Shown piece after piece: positions 36,573 to 45,050 of a DNA stretch of 64,000 nt. Location of the stretch: IMG/VR virus record IMGVR_UViG_3300026088_000013, one strand, 5' to 3'. The notes under the pieces are model-generated. The model made no database searches and had not been told where the DNA came from. It saw only the letters and a program-made list of their open reading frames with translations. This DNA comes from a virus. Within the stretch, counting starts at the first letter, position 1; every line of letters begins with the position of its first letter. The translations under genes and the position numbers were made by a program.

Positions 36573-37301
36573 CTATGAAAGTAGTTTAAACCCGTTTGAT
36601 TCTCTAATTATTTGATTGAATGTTTGTAATGTGAATTTCTTCCCCGGCAATGTCCTGCGGGCTTCGACTGCTTCTGCATAAAATTCTTCTCTTGTCCCTA
36701 ATTTCATCTTCCACTTTATGAAGGCAATCACGGCTTCTTTTAGGCTATCCCTTATTTGATAATCTCCATCCATTTGGGGTGAGCTAATATATTCCAATAT
36801 GATACTATCGTACCTGAAATCAGGTGATAATATAATGACATTATTGACATCATCTACCCGGCATTCTCCGTATTGTATTAAGCCTCCACCCACGCCAAAC
36901 AGCGGCATATACATTCCGTTGTAATAATAATTAAGGAAATAACTTGTATTTGCCAATAGCGGTAACCCATCACCAACATCCCCGTTTATTTGAGATAATC
37001 TATTAGGGTTTGTATCCTTGAAAGTAGTTAAGGCGTTATTAATTTTAAGTGTGCTTACTTCGCCATTATCATTCAATACACCAATTTTAGACCACGACCT
37101 ACAATCACTTGGGAATGCGACGGTTTTGTTCCCGCTTACTGGCAAACGAACTGTCTTTGGTTCAAATGCCATAGCGTACCCTAGTTTATCCATAGCACGG
37201 AAAGCTAAAATCCAACATTTATCAAAGTCCCCCATGCTCTTATCATTTTCGTCTAAGAACATAGAAACAATTGATTTTAAATATATATATTTAGCTGCCA
37301 T
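36573..37301 (-). CDS. Tail ring/adaptor protein
   Basis: 242 aa, ILEYIS.P...I..SLKEAV.AFIKW; synteny. Confidence 0.65.
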   Translation of the reverse strand: MAAKYIYLKSIVSMFLDENDKSMGDFDKCWILAFRAMDKLGYAMAFEPKTVRLPVSGNKTVAFPSDCRSWSKIGVLNDNGEVSTLKINNALTTFKDTNPNRLSQINGDVGDGLPLLANTSYFLNYYYNGMYMPLFGVGGGLIQYGECRVDDVNNVIILSPDFRYDSIILEYISSPQMDGDYQIRDSLKEAVIAFIKWKMKLGTREEFYAEAVEARRTLPGKKFTLQTFNQIIRESNGFKLLS

Positions 37302-37303
37302 AT

Positions 37304-37957
37304 TTAACTTGTTTTATTCCCGGCTGGAAGATCGTCTTTTATAATGTCCTTTGGCAATTGATACCGTTGTGATAACTCCTTTATAACAGTGTCGAAAATA
37401 GACATAATAATATCATCCGGCATATTCATTGGGTCTGTTAAATTTGCACTCCTATTAACTGGCATTTGCACATAACAGGTAGCGCCAGAAAGCGACTGAC
37501 CATTATTAGCTGATACCCATAAAATGCTATTCTCCACCCTATAACTAATTCCGGCAGGCTTTGGCATATAGTTCCTATATGGTACTCGTTTATTCCTAAT
37601 AGGGAAAGCGGATTCACTTCTACCCATTGTAGCGGATGCAAAATAAACATCTGCTATACTATATCCTAATGGCAATGACAATGGCGGTTGGGGCAAAGTG
37701 GCATACCATTCGTTTGTTATATCGTTTTGGGACAGAATGCCTAAATTATAAGTCACTTCGAATGCTTCAGGAACGGCTAAAACACCTTCAATTTTAGCAT
37801 TTTCATACGCTTTGCCCACTATTGCAAAGGCTATGGCTTGATCGATATAAAGATTTATTTCATTAGAGGTGGGGGCAAAAGAATCATTAGGAAACCCATC
37901 TGACATGTGTTTCGCTATTCTTTCTATTAACTGCTTTCTATTATATGGTACTGCCAT
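37304..37957 (-). CDS. Tail ring/adaptor protein
   Basis: 217 aa, EINLYIDQA...NMPDDII; synteny. Confidence 0.65.
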   Translation of the reverse strand: MAVPYNRKQLIERIAKHMSDGFPNDSFAPTSNEINLYIDQAIAFAIVGKAYENAKIEGVLAVPEAFEVTYNLGILSQNDITNEWYATLPQPPLSLPLGYSIADVYFASATMGRSESAFPIRNKRVPYRNYMPKPAGISYRVENSILWVSANNGQSLSGATCYVQMPVNRSANLTDPMNMPDDIIMSIFDTVIKELSQRYQLPKDIIKDDLPAGNKTS

Positions 37958-37959
37958 AA

Positions 37960-38655
37960 TTAATCTCCGGTTACAATATTACTTTGTCCAAATTGATCGA
38001 AATCTTGATCTTTATATGAGACACCTAATGATTTAAGTGTTCTCTTTGTTATTTCTATTATAGTGTTTTGATTCCACTTTGGCTGTATACTATTAGCAGG
38101 GTCATACACTTGCCTACCATTTCCATCGAATGTATAAGCCCAAACAACATCGGTACAAGAAGCTACGTAATCCAAATTTGCAGTTGTTGCCGTATTAGGA
38201 AGAAATTCATATTGCCCACAAATCCCATCCGTGGCGCTCATATATTCAGTATAGTAATAACAATTATCAGAAATGCTAGGTGGATCTATTACGGAATCCT
38301 CTATCGCCCAACGTTCGTCTTTATTGAAATAAGTAACCTTTGCCCCATTTATGCGTAAAGCCACTTGATAGATGAAATCCGACGGCCAATCTGAAAATCC
38401 AGATGTGATTGTTAAGGTTATAGGAATAGTAAAAGGGGCCAACTTTGTCAAAACCGTTTGATCTTGAATTAGGCCGATATTGGCTCCGGTTTTACCATTT
38501 GAACGTAGCTGCCATTTACCCAATAGATCCTCATGCATAGAGTACTGTTCGGCATTCCATGAATAAAAAAAGTCAGTAGAAGAAATTAACCCTGTTTGGT
38601 TCTTTCTCACCAACCATCTTTGAAACCTATAAATTTGGTCAACGTTCCAACCCAT
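37960..38655 (-). CDS. Tail ring/adaptor protein
   Basis: KNQTG.IS..DF...WN.EQ; synteny; start MGWNV. Confidence 0.65.
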   Translation of the reverse strand: MGWNVDQIYRFQRWLVRKNQTGLISSTDFFYSWNAEQYSMHEDLLGKWQLRSNGKTGANIGLIQDQTVLTKLAPFTIPITLTITSGFSDWPSDFIYQVALRINGAKVTYFNKDERWAIEDSVIDPPSISDNCYYYTEYMSATDGICGQYEFLPNTATTANLDYVASCTDVVWAYTFDGNGRQVYDPANSIQPKWNQNTIIEITKRTLKSLGVSYKDQDFDQFGQSNIVTGD

Positions 38656-38666
38656 TTTATTTATTG

Positions 38667-38697
38667 AAAAAAGTCCCCACACTGAAGCAGGGACTTT
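38667..38697 (-). terminator. Intrinsic terminator
   Basis: aaagtccc/gggacttt stem with U-tract on - strand. Confidence 0.7.
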
Positions 38698-38724
38698 AGT
38701 TTTTAAAAGTTGTTTGAAAGAACT

Positions 38725-39675
38725 TTAATCAAACAATGCCGTCAATTGTAGTTTAAATTCTTCACCTTCCGCTGTTTGGCTGAATTCAAATACTTTTTCG
38801 GCAATTGCCTCATTTGATTTTAACCCGGAAATATCACAAATAACACTATTACTATCTTTCCAAGTAGCCTTATTGGGATTGAATTTATTAGAAATCAACC
38901 CTTTTCCAACCGCCTTATCGATGTAATACTTTATTTCGATATTCTTGTTGCCATATGATTTTATAAATTCTTCCGAATTTTTTATGGCCCATTGTCGATA
39001 CGCTGTCCTTATTTCCTTATCAGTTAAGTCATTCCCGGATTCGTAATCTGTTGTTGGGATACCCAAATAATGGGAATGGATACGCATCTTAGTATCGCTA
39101 GCTTCTTTGGCATATTGTAATGCTTCTTCGATTTGATCCAATTTGCTGGATTCCGCAAGCGCTTGTTTGCTTTTATCCAGTGGTTTAAATATACTGTTGG
39201 CCGTACGCGTTCTAAACTCCGATTCGCCATTCCAACTACATATAATCAAATAACGCAATAACTGTTTTTCATCTCCATTCACTCCGAATCTACCTTCCAG
39301 AAAAGCACGAACACGTGTTTGCTTTATAAACTGATCGATAACATCTTTTTCTTTGGGCTGCTGTGATACGAAAATAGAATCACAGCCATCATAATACCGG
39401 ATATTCACCCGGCTTCCGTTCCATACGATTTGGGAAGTAAGAACTATGTTTTGATAGGGCTTAAATTTTTGATGCGGGACAGGGCGCTTTTCCCTAACAT
39501 CAATAATGGGTAATTCCCGTTCCAGATTTGGTTCGGCCAACTCAAACATATACTTTTTGTCGGCATCGAATTCTGTGGTAAGGAAAATGTGTTCTTTTGA
39601 CCCCTTTTCAACTTCGTGCCCCTCGATCTTTACGATCTCTTTTTTTCTTGGGGCTACTACTGTAGCGTCTGCCAT
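38725..39675 (-). CDS. Virion-associated protein downstream of capsid gene
   Basis: 316 aa; position as in crAss-like head modules. Confidence 0.55.
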   Translation of the reverse strand: MADATVVAPRKKEIVKIEGHEVEKGSKEHIFLTTEFDADKKYMFELAEPNLERELPIIDVREKRPVPHQKFKPYQNIVLTSQIVWNGSRVNIRYYDGCDSIFVSQQPKEKDVIDQFIKQTRVRAFLEGRFGVNGDEKQLLRYLIICSWNGESEFRTRTANSIFKPLDKSKQALAESSKLDQIEEALQYAKEASDTKMRIHSHYLGIPTTDYESGNDLTDKEIRTAYRQWAIKNSEEFIKSYGNKNIEIKYYIDKAVGKGLISNKFNPNKATWKDSNSVICDISGLKSNEAIAEKVFEFSQTAEGEEFKLQLTALFD

Positions 39676-39687
39676 TTTTTGTTTATT

Positions 39688-39720
39688 TTAAAATTAGGAG
39701 GCACCAATATTGATGCCCCC
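39688..39720 (-). terminator. Probable leaky terminator after capsid gene
   Basis: gggggcatc/ggtgcctcc stem then taatttt on - strand. Confidence 0.5.
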
Positions 39721-39745
39721 TTTTATCTTACTACCCTATCAAAAC

Positions 39746-41155
39746 TTAGCTCACAAGCCCCCTTAAAAGGGCGAATTGTTCTGCTGCTATTGTACGAGAT
39801 CCGGGATAACAAATCTGTTCGTATTTGTTAGATGCCTCCGTAGTCTTTGTAGGCTGCGTATAACCCAAAGACCAGCTATAGATGCGTTGGCCCGCTGTTA
39901 TATCCGGGTTCTGCTGATATACCCATTGCATGTAGGGGCGTGTGGCATCGCCGTCTTTGGCATCTACTACAGTACCTTGAGGCACACCTACGCCAAAGTT
40001 TGCGCGGTAATCGCCCACAGTAGGCACATAACCAAATACGGCTTGGGCGGTGAATCCCTTGTAACGATGAAAGTGGAAATCAAAAGTATCAGTAGAGAAA
40101 CTTTTGAAGCCATATGATACGGAGGCTTCTGCACTCATACCCACACTGCCATAGCTGATAGCGCCATTACGGTAGATACCAAACAACAGGTTATTAATAT
40201 CCTGACGCTGTTTTAAGTCCTGAATGAAATGATATTCACGAGGGCCGCCGTTGGCATCCAATACATTGGTGAAATTCTGGAAATCACCTATAGCGAACAT
40301 GGTTGATACATAATCCACCTCCGAACCACGAGCGCCTATATCTGTAAGAATACCAACTGTACCGGTAGTTCCAGAAATGTTGGCGTAAGGTACGCCTTCA
40401 AATACCGCATCTTCCACGTTCATCATCATGTTGATGTTCATGGTTTGAACGGCCAAGGCCGGTTCGTAGAATTTGCCGCCGCCGAAATCAATCTGCGTTT
40501 TATTCATGGCAGCCAGATCCGAAGATTTGGTGGATGCCCGCAGGACAGTACAAGTATTGTCGTAGCGGAACATTTTTTGCTGCATTGTGCCTTGCGAATC
40601 AGAGCTTTCTCCGGCCAATTGGTTACCAAAGGTTTCCAATCCTTCACCGGCCAGAATGGACGTTCCTGTTCCAGAACGAACCGTGTAGGCTCCTAAAGGA
40701 GTGAGTTCTATTACAAAAGCGCCGGTTGTTCGAGTAATATTTGTAACCTTGTATTTTAAGCCGTTAGAACGTACTTTGACGGTTTGATTCAGCAGGAATG
40801 GCGATTGTGTGCCCGCTGCGCCATCATTATACGATTGTGGGCTTTTAAGTGTTACGCTTATGGCTGCGCCAGAAGCGCCGCTGGCTACAGTATTCAAAAC
40901 AATACCAGAACCGAACGGACGACCTTTTTCAAAGTGAGAAAAGGTATTGGTGGTTGTGTTGGTTTCTTCTACTGTAGAGCGGCCTAAAATGTCACTCACT
41001 AACATATACGAGCTATTGCCGTATTTGGCGATAATGCCGGGGATATAATCGGGAATGACGAAGTTGAGTTCATTAAAAATGCCGGTCGTTATCCCTGAAG
41101 GATACGCGGCGGGGCCCGGTTGTCCGGTTGCACCCCTAACTATTGCTGATGGCAT
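39746..41155 (-). CDS. Major capsid protein
   Basis: 469 aa, T/G-rich, visibly GC-richer codons, follows acidic scaffold gene, followed by hairpin. Confidence 0.8.
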   Translation of the reverse strand: MPSAIVRGATGQPGPAAYPSGITTGIFNELNFVIPDYIPGIIAKYGNSSYMLVSDILGRSTVEETNTTTNTFSHFEKGRPFGSGIVLNTVASGASGAAISVTLKSPQSYNDGAAGTQSPFLLNQTVKVRSNGLKYKVTNITRTTGAFVIELTPLGAYTVRSGTGTSILAGEGLETFGNQLAGESSDSQGTMQQKMFRYDNTCTVLRASTKSSDLAAMNKTQIDFGGGKFYEPALAVQTMNINMMMNVEDAVFEGVPYANISGTTGTVGILTDIGARGSEVDYVSTMFAIGDFQNFTNVLDANGGPREYHFIQDLKQRQDINNLLFGIYRNGAISYGSVGMSAEASVSYGFKSFSTDTFDFHFHRYKGFTAQAVFGYVPTVGDYRANFGVGVPQGTVVDAKDGDATRPYMQWVYQQNPDITAGQRIYSWSLGYTQPTKTTEASNKYEQICYPGSRTIAAEQFALLRGLVS

Positions 41156-41183
41156 GAGTGTTTGAGTTTAAAATTGAAGAACA

Positions 41184-42347
41184 TTATGGGTTTCTTCGTA
41201 TTCCAGCCGCTGCCATTGCCTTATCCAATTCGGTAGGCTCACCAGATTGAACATTCATTTGTCGAACCACGCCACCGGAGTTATCCGGTAACATAGCTTT
41301 AATGGTGGCATTTTTACCTTGCTTTATGGCCTCAAGAAGCATTTTATCCTTGTTTTTGGCAAAATAAATTGCCTCTAAAAAGCCTTTATGATCCGGGGTT
41401 CCATCCGGATTTTTGAAGCTGTTAAAAAAGGATTGCTCATCGGTTACCATTGCTTGCGCCTTCCCAAAACTTTCTGCATCTGGCTCATACTGAAACTCGA
41501 AGTTGATTTTATTGGGTTCATCAATAAAAGGGAGTTTAGTTTCCAGTGTTTTAGGTGTGAAGGACTTGTATATTGCGGCTATTTCGGCATCCCGTTTTGC
41601 TTGCTCTGCTTGGAATTGGGTTTGTTGCTCCAACGATTTCTTGTATTGGACATACCCTTCATCTTCAGAAGCTATTTCGGGGAATACGAGTTTACTTTTT
41701 GCTGCGGAGAGTTCCGGTTTTGCCAACTTGGCCTCAATTAAGAGTTCCATTTTTTTATCGTTGGCTAATTCCTCCCATGCAGAAAGGCGCTGGTTGTAAT
41801 CAGTTTCATCTTCTTCGGCGCTTTGTATGGGCTTGGGAGGAACGGAAAAGGTCTTTTTAAATTTATAGTCAATTTCTGCCGGGCTAAGGTCTTTATACTT
41901 TAGCTGCATCCCTAATTTCACGATATCGGCGGCAGATTCGGGAGTTACATCGGCATTGAGGTATTGATCAATTTGATGTTCCCTTTGAAGATATTCCCGA
42001 ACCTCATTAGTTTTACCTTTCTGCCATGCTTCAAACAGCTTCTTACTTTGCTCATTCTCAAATTCGTATTCGATGACGGGAGGGGCGGCTTTTAAAGCCC
42101 GTAGTTCCTCTATTTCTTTTATGGCATCTTCGTGGCTTTGGTAGCCGAACTTCTCCTTAATGGGGGTAAAATAGTCTATGGCCTGCGCTTGCTGTGCGGC
42201 AGCGGCGGCCGTTTCTTCGGCGGTAGGGGCGGCTGCTTGTTGAGTTTCTGGCATTTTGCCACCAAGGGCTATTGCCATCTGTTGCGCGAGTTCGGCAGCC
42301 GCATCGGGTTGCTGAACTTCTTGGGTTTCTACGACATTGTCGGCCAT
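41184..42347 (-). CDS. Scaffolding-like acidic protein
   Basis: 387 aa E/Q/A-rich helical, immediately upstream of capsid gene. Confidence 0.65.
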   Translation of the reverse strand: MADNVVETQEVQQPDAAAELAQQMAIALGGKMPETQQAAAPTAEETAAAAAQQAQAIDYFTPIKEKFGYQSHEDAIKEIEELRALKAAPPVIEYEFENEQSKKLFEAWQKGKTNEVREYLQREHQIDQYLNADVTPESAADIVKLGMQLKYKDLSPAEIDYKFKKTFSVPPKPIQSAEEDETDYNQRLSAWEELANDKKMELLIEAKLAKPELSAAKSKLVFPEIASEDEGYVQYKKSLEQQTQFQAEQAKRDAEIAAIYKSFTPKTLETKLPFIDEPNKINFEFQYEPDAESFGKAQAMVTDEQSFFNSFKNPDGTPDHKGFLEAIYFAKNKDKMLLEAIKQGKNATIKAMLPDNSGGVVRQMNVQSGEPTELDKAMAAAGIRRNP

Positions 42348-42377
42348 GTTATTGGGAATGTTTTTTAATTATACTCC

Positions 42378-42385
42378 CAAATTTA
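42378..42385 (-). promoter_or_regulatory. -7 element for scaffold/capsid operon
   Basis: TAAATTTG on - strand, no TTTG -33 box at the expected distance. Confidence 0.55.
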
Positions 42386-42404
42386 TAAATTATATGTGGG
42401 GGAT

Positions 42405-42436
42405 TTTGGAGATGTGACCCGGTCGTACTACTTTTA
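42405..42436 (+). promoter_or_regulatory. Promoter of antisense RHH gene
   Basis: TTTG 42405-42408, 20 nt spacer, TACTTTTA 42429-42436, ATG 42441. Confidence 0.6.
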
Positions 42437-42440
42437 AGGC

Positions 42441-42599
42441 ATGAAAAAACCCAAAATAGTCAAATTCAGCATTTCTATGAGGCAAGAAACCCAACAGTTG
42501 CTTGACCAAATGGCCTTCCAAGAAGGACGCACCAGAAGTAACATAATTGAATATTTGTGTAAAAAGGCCATAAAAACAGCGCCTAAGCCATCATCTTAA
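42441..42599 (+). CDS. Ribbon-helix-helix (CopG-like) regulator, 52 aa (not in track)
   Basis: VKFSISMRQETQQLLDQMAFQEGRTRSNIIEYLCKKA. Confidence 0.85.
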   Translation: MKKPKIVKFSISMRQETQQLLDQMAFQEGRTRSNIIEYLCKKAIKTAPKPSS

Positions 42600-44697
42600 T
42601 CTTGTATTGTGGAAGTACTTTAGGTTTGATTTCTTGCGATTGGGGTACTTGTGTTTCACCAAATACCGCCACTAAAGCCATCTGCAATGCCACCCATAAG
42701 TCACTTTTGGTACGATCTAAGTGATCATATTCTAACCCCTGCTGCAACAATCCGATATGTTTAATCCTATGAACATGCCCATTATAAACTTCGTCGCTAT
42801 CCCCGTCAATATATAATTTACTTATCTGAAGCATTTGACCTAATTGGAAAGGATCGCCGCTTCGGCTCCCATATTCCAGTTTAAAGTTTTTCTTTTTAAG
42901 TGGGTTGATTAGACCTATGGGTGTCCATGTAAGAAAGGCCTGACATTTTTGATTGCAAAAAAACCTATAAAAATCAGTACGCCTATCCACTTCATAGTTC
43001 GCTTTGCAGCCATACCAAAGACAGGCTTTCATTACCTCTTCATCGAAATGAATATCTAATCGGGTAGGTGAAATCCATAAGGCAACCGGGTAATTTCCGG
43101 TTTCAATTCCATCAACTATTAACGATTTTTTAAAAACTACTATAGCAGGGTTAGAGCCATTAACCGCTATTCGATCTTGAGTTGTATCCACTCCTATCTG
43201 ATACAACATTGTATTTTTGGGCTCTAAATAACCTCCTCGATCTTCAAATTTATTTGGATTAATCGGAGTTTCTAATATAAACCAACCACCCTTTTCGTCA
43301 TCCATCATCCTCGCTTCTTTTATCTCTTTTGCCTTTTTCCCGATTACTACCGATGGAATAGTTTTCTTTTTAAGATTAAGGCGGCATTGTCTCCAAAATG
43401 GTGGATCGTCTTCTAAATCTTGAATCTGATTCGTAATATTTTGCGCATTGTATTCACATCTATCATTACCAGCATAAAAAGCCTCTTTAATTGTTCTGGC
43501 TTCTTTACGAATACGAGCGGCTAAGGAACGCTGATTATGCTTTACAGTTTCCCTGTCGGCTAAAATTTCTTTTATTGTTTTTTCAACATTTGGATCTCCA
43601 TATTTATCGAAATTTTTAGCTCTGTCTGCGGTCATAAAAAACCTGTATAAACCACTGGCCGTTCTTCCATTCTCCCCTTTATTTAACTGATCGCTATCAT
43701 TCCAAAGTCTAATCGCCGCCTCTTGAACGCCCTCTTTTTCAGTATCCAACACTTCTACAGTAGATGTGTATAATACTTTACCGATTATTCGACCCTCATC
43801 ATCCATTAAACAATAACGGGTAACTTCATGCCGATCATATATATTACACTCTACAGTTTTAGCCCACTCATCGTCGAGTTTTCTATGTATTTTTTGACCG
43901 TCAGTAGCAAGGGCTTCCGCACTATAAAAATCTATCAAGGAACCAAGTTCCTCCTTTTCTAAATTTTCTTCCGCTTTCTTGCCTCTTATATTTGTATTTT
44001 GGAACCGTAATTCAGACTTAGGTGTTACGCCTCCCGATAAATCATATTCAGGCTTAAAAAATCTCGGCCATTTTTTAAACGGGTCTACTACTGCTTTGGC
44101 AAAAACCTTTTTGGCATCCGCTCCTGTTTTAGATTGAATTGTGCCATTTGTCATTTTTGTCCTTGTAGGATAGTCTAAGACAAAAACTCCCCCTCTGAAT
44201 GTTTTACCAAAACGACGTTTGGTTATTTCCAACATTCCAAGACATTCGGGATCTTCTATGACATATTGCAGAAAATAAAAATATTCCAAATCGGGTTCTC
44301 TATAATTCGGATACCCTATATCTATTTGCGTATGTTGCATGAATAGATAATGGGGGCCAACCAAATAAACAGGCTTGCCCTTTTTCATGTACCAAAATCC
44401 ATGTAATCGTCTATCCCATTCTTGTTGCTTATATTCTTCGTATTTCTTATTGAAGAAGGGTTCGGAATCGTCCTTTTTTCTTTTATTATAAATATCTTCT
44501 TCTTTGAGAACATCAAAATACCAAGCGGGAGGCTTGATTCGTTCCCAATATTGTTCCAATGGATTATCAGATCTGGAATACACTCCCACCTCTCGTAGCT
44601 CTTTTGTTACAACATCCACGACAAAACCAACAGGTGGGATGTGGCAATCTAACCCCTGAATATTAACTGTAGAACCTCCTTTTATTGGTAGAAACAT
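42583..44697 (-). CDS. terL: Terminase large subunit
   Basis: Walker A KRRFGKT, Walker B LDDEW, nuclease IGVDT and SDLWVA. Confidence 0.9.
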   Translation of the reverse strand: MFLPIKGGSTVNIQGLDCHIPPVGFVVDVVTKELREVGVYSRSDNPLEQYWERIKPPAWYFDVLKEEDIYNKRKKDDSEPFFNKKYEEYKQQEWDRRLHGFWYMKKGKPVYLVGPHYLFMQHTQIDIGYPNYREPDLEYFYFLQYVIEDPECLGMLEITKRRFGKTFRGGVFVLDYPTRTKMTNGTIQSKTGADAKKVFAKAVVDPFKKWPRFFKPEYDLSGGVTPKSELRFQNTNIRGKKAEENLEKEELGSLIDFYSAEALATDGQKIHRKLDDEWAKTVECNIYDRHEVTRYCLMDDEGRIIGKVLYTSTVEVLDTEKEGVQEAAIRLWNDSDQLNKGENGRTASGLYRFFMTADRAKNFDKYGDPNVEKTIKEILADRETVKHNQRSLAARIRKEARTIKEAFYAGNDRCEYNAQNITNQIQDLEDDPPFWRQCRLNLKKKTIPSVVIGKKAKEIKEARMMDDEKGGWFILETPINPNKFEDRGGYLEPKNTMLYQIGVDTTQDRIAVNGSNPAIVVFKKSLIVDGIETGNYPVALWISPTRLDIHFDEEVMKACLWYGCKANYEVDRRTDFYRFFCNQKCQAFLTWTPIGLINPLKKKNFKLEYGSRSGDPFQLGQMLQISKLYIDGDSDEVYNGHVHRIKHIGLLQQGLEYDHLDRTKSDLWVALQMALVAVFGETQVPQSQEIKPKVLPQYKIKMMA

Positions 44698-44699
44698 AT

Positions 44700-45047
44700 T
44701 TAGGACATATTTTTCCCCGCTGTATTACCTATGTTTTCGGCTATGCTCTCTGGTGTGGTAATTCTGCGATTTATTTTAACATCCTTTTCTTCATCCCCCG
44801 AAATTCCAATTGAATCTCCTAACGCCTTCACCGCTGCTGATATACTGGAACTGTCATTCCAGATTACCTTAAGACGTTCAAAGGTCTTATCTTTGGGGTC
44901 TTCAAGATTCAGGTTTTTTAGATTGGTAGCATTTAAGATATCGGCCATTTCCCATGACTTTCTATTAAGAGCATAGTAAAGTTTCGCAGGCCCATTTTCT
45001 TCGTACCGCTTTATAATATCTTCACATTCTTCAATCGTTCTTGCCAT
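44700..45047 (-). CDS. Possible terminase small subunit
   Basis: 115 aa helical, directly upstream of terL; positional call only. Confidence 0.35.
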   Translation of the reverse strand: MARTIEECEDIIKRYEENGPAKLYYALNRKSWEMADILNATNLKNLNLEDPKDKTFERLKVIWNDSSSISAAVKALGDSIGISGDEEKDVKINRRITTPESIAENIGNTAGKNMS

Positions 45048-45050
45048 GTT

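Noticed and set aside
39746-39790. CCCTTTT near capsid stop as a frameshift extension signal
   Set aside because: Wrong phase for a -1 slip, and the shifted frame closes within a few codons
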